Source: Candidatus Sericytochromatia bacterium (GTDB lineage Bacteria > Cyanobacteriota > Sericytochromatia > UBA7694 > JACMQJ01). From it: 64,000 nt of DNA. Positions 28,650 to 37,095 of the stretch are shown one piece after another. The DNA is taken from assembly GCA_046328015.1 (NCBI GenBank), contig JAXLXH010000001.1:907305-971304 (forward strand), read 5' to 3'. Positions within the stretch are counted from its first letter, which is position 1. The number at the start of each line of letters is the position of its first letter. Below the pieces are notes generated by a model that was not told the DNA's origin, made no database searches, and saw only the letters and a list, made by a program, of their open reading frames with translations. The translations under genes were made by a program, and so were the position numbers.

Positions 28650-29957
28650 ATGATTACCGTTGATGAAGCAGAAAAAATAATCTTAGAAGAAACTAAAGAA
28701 TTATTTGATATAGAAAATATTAATTTAGAAAAAAGTTTTAGTAGAGTTCTAAGAGAAAATATTTATTCTGATAGAGAACAACCACCTTTTGATCGTGTAG
28801 CTATGGATGGCATAGCTATAAAATATGAAAGTTTAAAAAATAATTCTTTTATAATACAAGGAATACAAAGTGCTGGGATGCCTCCATTAGAACTAACTAG
28901 TTTAGATAATTGTATAGAAGTAATGACTGGGGCTGTTTTACCTTTAGGTTGCGATTGTGTTATTAAAGTAGAAGATTTAGAAATAAAAAATAATATTGCT
29001 TATTTAAAAGATGATATAACTATAGATTTTTTTCAAAATATACATAAAAAAGGAATAGATCATCCTAAAAATGCTGAAGTAATAAAAGAAAAAACTAAAA
29101 TTCTACCTACACATATTGCAATTTTAGCATCTGTAGGTAAACATATAATAAAAGTTACTAAAAACCCATCTATAGCTATAATTTCTACAGGTGATGAATT
29201 GGTCAATATAGAGCAAGATGTTTTACCACATCAAATAAGAATGTCTAATGCTTATGCAATACAAAGTGCTTTAAACAGTTTGGGTTATAATGAGACAAAA
29301 ATATTTCATTTAAAAGATGACAAAGTTGAATTGTTAGATAAAATAGCTAATATATTACTAAAATTTGATACAGTTATCTTAAGTGGTGGAGTTTCTATGG
29401 GAAAATTTGATTTTATTCCTCAGGTTATGAAAGAACTTGAAGTTGAAACTCTTTTTCATAAAATATCGCAAAAACCTGGAAAACCCTTTTGGTTAGGAAA
29501 AACTAAAGATAAAAAATTAGTTTTTGGTTTACCTGGAAACCCTGTATCTGTTTTAGTTTGCTTTTATAGATATATAATTCCTTTTTTAATAAAAAAAAGT
29601 GGCTTAGATTTAGAAAATAAAAAAGTTATTTTGAAAGAAACTTATAATAAATTTAAGACCTCTTGTGGGGTATCAACCCCACAAGAGGAAGGGTGTGGGG
29701 GCATTGCCCCCATACCCCCTAAAACCTCAGAGCATAGCTCCGAGGTATTTTCTAATAATAAAATAAATCTTACTTCATTTTTACCAGTTAATATTAGTTA
29801 TGATAATAATGGCTTTTTGGTAGCTAATATTGTTCCAAACAATGGTTCTGGTGATTATTATTCCATTTCCAAAAGTGATGGTTTTGTAGAGATAGAAAAA
29901 GATAAAAAAGTATTTGAAAAAGGCAGTTTAGTTAAATTTTTTTCTTGGAGTTTTTAA
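28650..29957 (+). CDS. moeA: Molybdopterin molybdotransferase MoeA, carrying an in-frame insertion of about 30 aa encoded by a GC-rich palindromic element
   Basis: MoeA N- and C-domains, GGVSMGKFDF. Insert ...TSCGVSTPQEEGCGGIAPIPPKTSEHSSEVF... is encoded at 29657-29748. Confidence 0.88.
   Translation: MITVDEAEKIILEETKELFDIENINLEKSFSRVLRENIYSDREQPPFDRVAMDGIAIKYESLKNNSFIIQGIQSAGMPPLELTSLDNCIEVMTGAVLPLGCDCVIKVEDLEIKNNIAYLKDDITIDFFQNIHKKGIDHPKNAEVIKEKTKILPTHIAILASVGKHIIKVTKNPSIAIISTGDELVNIEQDVLPHQIRMSNAYAIQSALNSLGYNETKIFHLKDDKVELLDKIANILLKFDTVILSGGVSMGKFDFIPQVMKELEVETLFHKISQKPGKPFWLGKTKDKKLVFGLPGNPVSVLVCFYRYIIPFLIKKSGLDLENKKVILKETYNKFKTSCGVSTPQEEGCGGIAPIPPKTSEHSSEVFSNNKINLTSFLPVNISYDNNGFLVANIVPNNGSGDYYSISKSDGFVEIEKDKKVFEKGSLVKFFSWSF
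29657..29748. repeat. GC-rich nested-palindrome element, family 2, copy 1, in frame inside moeA
   Basis: CCTCTTGTGGGGT-ATCAA-CCCCACAAGAGG, TGGGGGCATTGCCCCCA, ACCTCAGAGC-ATA-GCTCCGAGGT. Confidence 0.8.
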
Positions 29958-29960
29958 AAT

Positions 29961-30986
29961 ATGCTACTTCAACAGGAAAATGAATTTCAATTAGTCTATA
30001 ATGCGAATAATTCTGAAAAAAAAAATAATAAAGATGAAAAAGCAAATAAAAATAAACTAATAGATTCTTATAAACGTCATATTCATAAACTAAGAGTTCA
30101 ATTAACAGATGCTTGTAATTTTAGGTGTTTTTATTGTATGCCTGAAAATATAAAATTTAAACCTCATTCAGAATTATTAACTCCAGAAGAAATATATAAT
30201 ATTTGTTCTATTTTAACAGAAAATTTTGGAGTAGATGAATTAAGATTAACTGGTGGAGAACCAACAATAAGACCAGAATTTGAAGAAATTGTAAAAAAAT
30301 TAGATACTTTAAAAGTAAAAAAATACGGTTTAACTACCAATGGCTTTATTTTAGATAAAAAACTAGATTTTTTAAAAAATACTAATTGTAAAAATATAAA
30401 TATAAGTTTGGATAGTTTAGAAAGAAATAAATTTAACCAAATAACTAAAAGTACTTATTTTGATGATACATTTAAAGCTATTATAAAAGCAAAAGAATTA
30501 GGTTTTAATGTAAAAGTAAATACTGTTTTATTAAAAGGCATTAATGACGAAGAAATTTTTAATTTTATAGATTTTTCTGCTAAATATAATATTGAAGTTA
30601 GATTTTTAGAATTAATGAAAATTGGAGAAGCTATTAATAACCCTCTTTTTATTTCTGCAAAAGATCTTATAGATATAGTTAGAACTAAAGAAAAGCTTAC
30701 TTCTTTAAAAGTAGCTCAAGATTCAACTTCTTTTAATTATAAAACTTCTTCTAATGCAAAAATAGGTTTTATTGCTTCAGAATCAATGCCTTTTTGTAAC
30801 TCTTGTTCTAGAATAAGATTAAGTGCTACAGGTAAATTAAGAGCTTGCTTGATGTCAGAAGAAGGTATAAATCTTAAAGGAAAAACCAAAGAAGAATTTT
30901 CAGCAATTTTACAAGAAGTAATAGCTATGAAACCTAATTATAGAATACCTGAAATAAATCAAACAATGAATCAAATTGGTGGGTAA
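29961..30986 (+). CDS. moaA: GTP 3',8-cyclase (radical SAM)
   Basis: CNFRCFYCMP radical-SAM cluster. C-terminal CNSCSRIR second cluster. Confidence 0.92.
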   Translation: MLLQQENEFQLVYNANNSEKKNNKDEKANKNKLIDSYKRHIHKLRVQLTDACNFRCFYCMPENIKFKPHSELLTPEEIYNICSILTENFGVDELRLTGGEPTIRPEFEEIVKKLDTLKVKKYGLTTNGFILDKKLDFLKNTNCKNINISLDSLERNKFNQITKSTYFDDTFKAIIKAKELGFNVKVNTVLLKGINDEEIFNFIDFSAKYNIEVRFLELMKIGEAINNPLFISAKDLIDIVRTKEKLTSLKVAQDSTSFNYKTSSNAKIGFIASESMPFCNSCSRIRLSATGKLRACLMSEEGINLKGKTKEEFSAILQEVIAMKPNYRIPEINQTMNQIGG

Positions 30987-31463
30987 ATGCTATCTCATAT
31001 AGATAAAAATAATCAACCTTCTATGGTTGATGTAAGTAAAAAAATTGCTACTGTAAGAACAGCACATGCAAGAGCAATTATAAAATTAAATAAAGAAATT
31101 ATAGAGCTTTTTTCTGGTGAAGATATAAAAAGTAAAAAAGGGCCTGTTTTTCAAACAGCAATAATAGCAGGTATAATGGCTGCAAAAAAAACCTCAGCTT
31201 TAATTCCTTTATGTCATCCGATAGGTTTGGAAGATTGTCAGATAAAAATAGCCCTAAATGATTCAGAAGAGGCTGTTATAGATTGTATTACAAAAGTTAC
31301 TCATAAAACAGGTGTAGAAATGGAAGCTCTAACTGGTGCTAGTGTAGCAGCTTTGACTATTTATGATATGTGCAAAGCTATATCGCATGATTTAGTTATA
31401 AAAGAAATAAAATTAATTGAAAAAAAAGGTGGTAAAAGCGATTTTTATGGGGCTAAAACTTAA
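30987..31463 (+). CDS. moaC: Cyclic pyranopterin monophosphate synthase
   Basis: 158 aa. MoaC family (…LIPLCHPIGL…, …TGVEMEALT…). Confidence 0.92.
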   Translation: MLSHIDKNNQPSMVDVSKKIATVRTAHARAIIKLNKEIIELFSGEDIKSKKGPVFQTAIIAGIMAAKKTSALIPLCHPIGLEDCQIKIALNDSEEAVIDCITKVTHKTGVEMEALTGASVAALTIYDMCKAISHDLVIKEIKLIEKKGGKSDFYGAKT

Positions 31464-32529
31464 ACAAGATTATCTTTTTAATCCTTATGAAATCTTTTTT
31501 TGTGGTTTTTCTAATTCTGGTAAAACTACTTTAATAGAAAAATTAGTAAAAAAATTAGCACCTAATTATTCTATTGGTTATGCAAAACATGATGCTCATT
31601 TTTTTGAAATGGATAAAGAAGGTAAAGATTCTAATCTAATTTATAAGGCTGGGGTAAAACAGATTATTATAAATGATAAAGACCATTTTGCTCTGATAAG
31701 TAAAAATAATGATGAATTAGTTTTTAATCAAAAAAATTTTATACCTTATGATTTTGTTTTTGTAGAAGGTTATAAATATAATAATTACCCTAAAATAGTT
31801 TTAATTGACAAAGAAAAAAAGATTTTAGATGATTATAAAGAAGGAAAAATAACTAATGTTTTAGCTTTTGTAGGAGAAAAAGAGTTTAATAGTAATATAC
31901 ATTTTTTTAATAGGAATGATATAGATAATATAAGTAGTTTTATTATAAATTATTTTGAAAGTTTAAAACCTGAATTATACGGTTTAATTTTGGTTGGTGG
32001 CAAAAGTAGTAGAATGAAAAAAGATAAAGCTACTTTAAAATATCATGGAAAAACGCAATTAGAATACAATTATGAATTATTGACTAAATATTGTGATAAA
32101 GTTTTTATTTCTTCTAGAAAAGAACAAGATTTTCAAATAGAAGTACCTTATATTTATGATTCTTTTTTAGAAATTGGACCTATGGGAGGAATTTTATCAG
32201 CTTTAAAAACAAATCCTAAAACAGCTTTTTTAGTTATAGCTTGTGATATGCCTTATGTTAATGAAAAAACTATCGAAAAGTTAATTAGTAATAGAGATTT
32301 TTTTAAATATGCCACTTCTTATATAAATAATGAAAATAATTTCCCAGAACCTTTGTGTGCTATTTATGAACCTAAAATAAAAAGTAGATTATTAGATTTT
32401 TTAAGTTTTGATATTACTTGTCCTAGAAAAGTTTTAATTAACTCTTCTATAAAAGGAATTTTTCCTGAAAATAATTTAGAAATGAGTAATATAAATACTA
32501 TAGAAGAATTTAATAATTGTATAAACTAG
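31447..32529 (+). CDS. mobA: Bifunctional MobB-MobA: molybdopterin-guanine dinucleotide biosynthesis adapter fused to molybdenum cofactor guanylyltransferase
   Basis: N-terminal Walker A GFSNSGKTTL and AKHDAHFFEMDKEGKDS (MobB). C-terminal LVGGKSSRMKKDKATL, GPMGGILS, ACDMPYV (MobA). Overlaps the moaC 3' end. The track's alternative start is 31417. Confidence 0.8.
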   Translation: MGLKLKQDYLFNPYEIFFCGFSNSGKTTLIEKLVKKLAPNYSIGYAKHDAHFFEMDKEGKDSNLIYKAGVKQIIINDKDHFALISKNNDELVFNQKNFIPYDFVFVEGYKYNNYPKIVLIDKEKKILDDYKEGKITNVLAFVGEKEFNSNIHFFNRNDIDNISSFIINYFESLKPELYGLILVGGKSSRMKKDKATLKYHGKTQLEYNYELLTKYCDKVFISSRKEQDFQIEVPYIYDSFLEIGPMGGILSALKTNPKTAFLVIACDMPYVNEKTIEKLISNRDFFKYATSYINNENNFPEPLCAIYEPKIKSRLLDFLSFDITCPRKVLINSSIKGIFPENNLEMSNINTIEEFNNCIN

Positions 32530-32537
32530 ATAAGAAT

Positions 32538-32665
32538 AGTGAAAAGTGAAAAGTTAGAAGTTAGAAGAATAGGACTGTGAAGCATGATACTTCGACAGGC
32601 TCAGTAGGCAATCGTGATACTTCGACAAGCTCAGTAGACAAGCGTGAAAAGTGAAAAGTTAGTTT
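32538..32665. repeat. REP-like composite repeat, family 1 (GTGAAAAGTGAAAAGTTAGAAGTTAGAAG + two ATACTTCGACA[GA]GCTCAGTAG[GA]CAA units)
   Basis: Most complete copy in the window. Confidence 0.65.
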
Positions 32666-32681
32666 AAAAAAGTTTTTTAAT

Positions 32682-32790
32682 TTTCAACTAAAAAAACATC
32701 TACGATTCGACTAAAGTATAAAAACATCTTATTATTATAATTTTAGGTAAAACTCTTAAAAAAATTACCTTATAACTACAACTAATCACA
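32682..32790. repeat. Second copy of the ~100-nt element at 14850-14960
   Basis: Shared blocks CAACTAAAAAA / ATAATTTTAGGTAAAA / TACCTTATAACTA. Confidence 0.45.
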
Positions 32791-32836
32791 TATTTTTTAT
32801 AAAAATCGTTTTTTTGATACTATAGAGCTATTAAAT

Positions 32837-34045
32837 TCATTTAGTAAAATAACTTATTTTATTAATACTAGCTATTATATCTTCATAATCTAACCCAAAA
32901 TCAATTAAACATGCTATTTCTGTAACTCCTATCTTAGCCAATTTAGCTATTTTATCTTCCAAAATTTCTTTATCTCCAAAAAAAGTTCTATTTTCAAAAT
33001 ATCTTTCAAAAGCAAACTCTAATAACTCTTCTTTATCATTTTTAGTCAAATTTTCAGGATTTATTGTTAAATCTGAAGCATTTCCAAATTTACCTAATAA
33101 ATCTAATGTACTTTTTAAATACTTTTTAAAGGGTTCTTTTACTTTATTTTTTACTTGTTCTTTAGATTCTCCAAAATAACTATGCATAAAAACAGCTATT
33201 TTTTTATTTTTTCTATGACCGTTTTTTTCTAAAGCTTGAAAATAAAGTTCTAATTTTTTCTCTAATTCTTCTATATCTTGATCTAATAAACAAGTCATCA
33301 AATTATAACCTTTTTCTCCTACTTTTATATAAGTTTCTGGATTCCCTATAGCAGTTACCCAAATTTCTAAATTTTTATTATAGGGTTTAGGATGAATTTC
33401 TATTTCTATTTCTTTATTAGCCCCATTTATTCTTTTTAATTTTTCTCCTTCCCATAGCTTTTTTACTTCTTCTATTCTATCAAACATAATTTCTTTTCTA
33501 TTTTGATAATTTTCTGGTTCAAAAACAAAATCATTTATATGCCAACCCGTAGCAAAAGATAACTCTACTCTACCTTTAGATAAGTTATCTATAATAGACC
33601 AATTTTCAGCGGTTCTTATTACGTCATTTATAGGTAAAACAACACTACCAGCTCTTAAACTAATATTTTTAGTAATACTACTTAAAGCAGCAGAAATAAT
33701 CGCAGGATTTGAATAAATACCGCCTAATTTATGAAAATGTCTTTCTGGAGTCCAAATAGCTGAAAAGTTATTTTCATCTGCAATTTTTGCTACTTCTAAT
33801 AATAATTTATATTTATCATTTTCATCATCTACATTATCAGAAAAAAGAAAAATACTAAAATCCATTTTTATATTATTTTTTTTAGCTAAAAAATTAATTA
33901 TTGTTTTTTTATTTTCGACTAAAAAATTTTTTATTTCTGGAGTTATAAAACCTTTGGGAGCTTGTATTTTTAGTTCTTTATCTACTAAAGAGATTATTAT
34001 ATCTTTTTCTTTTAAGTCATCTAGTATTTTTTCTATTTTTGACAT
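32837..34045 (-). CDS. Luciferase-like (flavin-dependent) monooxygenase with N-terminal TubC-N-type docking domain
   Basis: Residues ~60-402 match the LLM TIM barrel. The first ~55 aa (DIIISLVDKELKIQAPKGFITPEIKNFLVENKKTIINFL) match the TubC_N docking-domain pattern (..L...G..L...AP.G.LTPEL...L..HK..IL..L). Confidence 0.75.
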   Translation of the reverse strand: MSKIEKILDDLKEKDIIISLVDKELKIQAPKGFITPEIKNFLVENKKTIINFLAKKNNIKMDFSIFLFSDNVDDENDKYKLLLEVAKIADENNFSAIWTPERHFHKLGGIYSNPAIISAALSSITKNISLRAGSVVLPINDVIRTAENWSIIDNLSKGRVELSFATGWHINDFVFEPENYQNRKEIMFDRIEEVKKLWEGEKLKRINGANKEIEIEIHPKPYNKNLEIWVTAIGNPETYIKVGEKGYNLMTCLLDQDIEELEKKLELYFQALEKNGHRKNKKIAVFMHSYFGESKEQVKNKVKEPFKKYLKSTLDLLGKFGNASDLTINPENLTKNDKEELLEFAFERYFENRTFFGDKEILEDKIAKLAKIGVTEIACLIDFGLDYEDIIASINKISYFTK

Positions 34046-34092
34046 GTTGTATATTATAAAATAAAACTTTTACTTAATTATAGAATAAAAAT

Positions 34093-34983
34093 TTAGTTAG
34101 AAGTATTTTTACTAAATAATTTTAATGAAATAAAAACTCCTAAAATAATGCTTGTAAAACCTAATAATTCATAAATAGAGGGAAATCTTTTATCATAAAT
34201 TAAAATAAAACTTAATCCAAAAAAAGTTTCTAAAGAAATTAATTGAGAGGCTAAAGTAACTGGTAATTTTTCAACAGCTCTATTCCAACATTCATTAGCA
34301 ATAAAAGAAGATAAAAAACCTAAAATAAAACTACCTAAAATAAAATTTAAATCTAAATAAATACTATTTTGAAAAAAATAAAAGGGAATTAAAGATATTA
34401 TAGAAATAAAACCTACTAAAGATGTCCATATTTTAGTATCTAAGCTAATTTTTTTTAAAAATAAAGAATTAGATACTCCATACCAAGTCCATATTAATAA
34501 ACAAAGTATAACTAAAAAGATTCCTTGAAAATACTCTGTTGTTTTTTTGAATAAAAAACCTTCAAAATTAACACTTAAAATACCAATAAAAATAAGTATT
34601 AAAGGAAAAATTAATTTACCAAAATTTAGTTCTTTAGTTCTAATATTTCCCCAAATAGTTAGTGAAACAGGTAAAATACCTATTAGTATAGTAGTAACAC
34701 TACCACCTGTAAGTTTGATACTTTTTACCAAAATAAGGTAATATAAAACATTACCTAAAAAAGCATATAAAAATAATCTAAAATAATTAGAAATAAAAAT
34801 TTCTTTGCTTTGATTAAAGTTTTTTAATAACAATAAAAAAGATATTGCACCAAAAATAAAATACCTTCCTAAAGTTACTTCAAAAGAAGAATTATTTTTT
34901 AGCATTTTAGGAATAATAAAAGCTAAACCCCAAAAAATATTTGCAATAAAAGCGTAAAATATACCTTTTTTTATATCAAGCAT
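34093..34983 (-). CDS. EamA/DMT-family transporter
   Basis: 296 aa, 10 predicted TM helices in two repeats. Confidence 0.7.
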   Translation of the reverse strand: MLDIKKGIFYAFIANIFWGLAFIIPKMLKNNSSFEVTLGRYFIFGAISFLLLLKNFNQSKEIFISNYFRLFLYAFLGNVLYYLILVKSIKLTGGSVTTILIGILPVSLTIWGNIRTKELNFGKLIFPLILIFIGILSVNFEGFLFKKTTEYFQGIFLVILCLLIWTWYGVSNSLFLKKISLDTKIWTSLVGFISIISLIPFYFFQNSIYLDLNFILGSFILGFLSSFIANECWNRAVEKLPVTLASQLISLETFFGLSFILIYDKRFPSIYELLGFTSIILGVFISLKLFSKNTSN

Positions 34984-35019
34984 TTTTATTATATTTGTAT
35001 ATTATTACGCTAAAATAAA

Positions 35020-35643
35020 TTATTTTTTAGTTAAAGTTAAACTTATTGGTACAGGTGCTGTTGATATAGAAATAGTAGTATCATTTTCTACTGTAAAAGT
35101 ATAATCTTGATAAGCTGATATTTTTACAAAATCTTTTGCTGAAGAAAACCAACCTGCTTCTGTTTTACCCTGAGTAATTTTTACTTGATTAGTATAATAT
35201 TTATAGTTTTTATTTATATCAAAAAGAGTTAAAGCATAAGCTGATTCAGCTGTTTTTTCTAATTTTATATCAACATTTATTTTCCCATCTTTTACTTCAT
35301 AAGGTAATGGAACAGAGGGAACATTTAGATTAATATTTATAGACATAGAAGTTCCTGAATATTCTTTTACTTCTGCTATACCACTTGAAAAAGGACCTAC
35401 TACATCAAATTTTTGACCTTGAGAAAACCCTTTTATATTAACTATTGGGGTTATTGGAGTTGATACTACAGTACCTGTATTTACTTGATTAGTATTTGTC
35501 GTTTCATGGGTATTTGTAGTTACATTATTTTGTGTTACATTTACAGGTGTTTTTGTTGGAGTTGGTGTACTTGGTTTAGAATTACAAGATATAATTGATA
35601 AAAATAAAAAGTTAACTAAAAAAAGTTTTAAAAACTTAAACAT
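35020..35643 (-). CDS. Hypothetical lipoprotein
   Basis: Signal peptide with lipobox IISC, followed by a Thr/Pro-rich linker. Confidence 0.5.
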   Translation of the reverse strand: MFKFLKLFLVNFLFLSIISCNSKPSTPTPTKTPVNVTQNNVTTNTHETTNTNQVNTGTVVSTPITPIVNIKGFSQGQKFDVVGPFSSGIAEVKEYSGTSMSININLNVPSVPLPYEVKDGKINVDIKLEKTAESAYALTLFDINKNYKYYTNQVKITQGKTEAGWFSSAKDFVKISAYQDYTFTVENDTTISISTAPVPISLTLTKK

Positions 35644-35729
35644 AATAATAATAAACTAAGTCCTTTTTTGATACAATAGTATTTATATTTTATAGTATAG
35701 GACATTTTTAGTAGATGAGGTAGTATTTT

Positions 35730-35864
35730 ATGAGCTATGTTGATATAAAAAACGATCAAATAACAATAAAACCAGAAAGTATTTCTAACCTTGAGCTAAA
35801 ACTAGATAAAGAAATAACAGGAAAAGATTTAGTTAATTATGTAAAATCGCTTGAGAAAAAATAA
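35730..35864 (+). CDS. Possible small protein, 44 aa, directly abutting cassette 2 gene A
   Basis: ATG preceded by GAGGT. Stop 2 nt before the 35867 ATG. No homology evidence. Confidence 0.25.
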   Translation: MSYVDIKNDQITIKPESISNLELKLDKEITGKDLVNYVKSLEKK

Positions 35865-35866
35865 GC

Positions 35867-36457
35867 ATGGCTGAGAAAAAAAGTAATAACGATAAATTTT
35901 TTAAAGAAGATTCTAAAAAAGGTAAATCTAATTCTCAAGTTGATTTTATTAAAGGGGAGCTTTTTGATGCAGAATTAGAAGAAAGAATTAATTCTGTAAG
36001 TATAGATGAAGATGAAATAGATTCTTTTGAAATAGCGGATTTAGAATTTGATGAAATAGATGAACTTGAAATTAATGATGAAATAGACTTTGAACCACAA
36101 AATGATACTAGTTATCTAGCTACTGATAAAAAAAAGCCTACTATAGAAGTTATTAATAGAAAAGTTTTAACTAATAAAAGTGATGAAAAAAAAGCCAGTA
36201 AAATGGTTTCTAAAGAAGCCACTAAACTAGTTAAAGATTTTATAAAACAAGATTTACCTATAAATGAAGTAAGAAATATTTTAGAGTTATCTCATGGAGA
36301 TAAAGAACTTCTTATGAATACACCATTTGGTTCAAACTCTTCAAATTCTCAAGAAAAAAAAGAACTTATAAATAAATTAAATGATATAACATCTAGTGAT
36401 GAAGTAAATATAGCAAATGCTAGTTTTGTTTTGAAATGGCTGAAGAATCGTAGTTAA
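35867..36457 (+). CDS. Hypothetical acidic protein, cassette 2 gene A
   Basis: Paralogous to 19565..20041 (…NILELSHGDKELLMNTPFGSNSSNSQEKKELI… versus …RILKPTQVDKERLSKMDFQSRSDMSDEEKKDFI…; C-terminal xLKWLKNR versus xVWKWQQNR). Confidence 0.5.
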   Translation: MAEKKSNNDKFFKEDSKKGKSNSQVDFIKGELFDAELEERINSVSIDEDEIDSFEIADLEFDEIDELEINDEIDFEPQNDTSYLATDKKKPTIEVINRKVLTNKSDEKKASKMVSKEATKLVKDFIKQDLPINEVRNILELSHGDKELLMNTPFGSNSSNSQEKKELINKLNDITSSDEVNIANASFVLKWLKNRS

Positions 36458-36459
36458 CA

Positions 36460-37086
36460 ATGGAAAAAGATAAAAATAAACCTCAGCCAATAAACAATAT
36501 ACTTGAAAGAGTAATTGATGCTGAGCTTTATGAAAAATACAGAAGAAATTTAGGGTTTTCAATAACCCCTGATTATCTTTATCAATGGGCATTAATAAGT
36601 TTAAACGAAGATAATTCTGATAAAGCAATAAGCTTTATTATTTCTGCTTTAGATATAGATAGAAAACATGCTCCTACTTTACACCTATTAAAAAGTTTAA
36701 TTATAGGTATTAGTAAAGATTTTTATGAAAATGGTGGTTCTAGATATAAACAATCGCATGAAAGTTTTGATGAACTAGTATCTTCGATAAAAAAAAAGGC
36801 ATTAGTAGTTAAAAAAAAGAATGAGCAAATAAAATTAGAAATAAGTTCTTTAGAAAGTTCTATAAACTCCTCTTTTGCTCCTTTTAAAATATTAAAAAAA
36901 TTCCAAAAAGAAAAAGATTTAATAGCCTTAAAAAATAAGATTATAGAGAATCAAGATAAGATAGATTTTTATAAAAGAGAAATTAAAAAAATTAGACGCT
37001 TTCAAAAAAATGAAGAGTATTCTAAAATTTTGGGTACAATACTTGAAATTTGTGTAATGCCTAAAAAATATGCTGTAACCAATTAA
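36460..37086 (+). CDS. Hypothetical helical/coiled-coil protein, cassette 2 gene B
   Basis: Paralogous to 20057..20680. Starts 3 nt after gene A. Confidence 0.55.
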   Translation: MEKDKNKPQPINNILERVIDAELYEKYRRNLGFSITPDYLYQWALISLNEDNSDKAISFIISALDIDRKHAPTLHLLKSLIIGISKDFYENGGSRYKQSHESFDELVSSIKKKALVVKKKNEQIKLEISSLESSINSSFAPFKILKKFQKEKDLIALKNKIIENQDKIDFYKREIKKIRRFQKNEEYSKILGTILEICVMPKKYAVTN

Positions 37087-37095
37087 AGGATTTTT

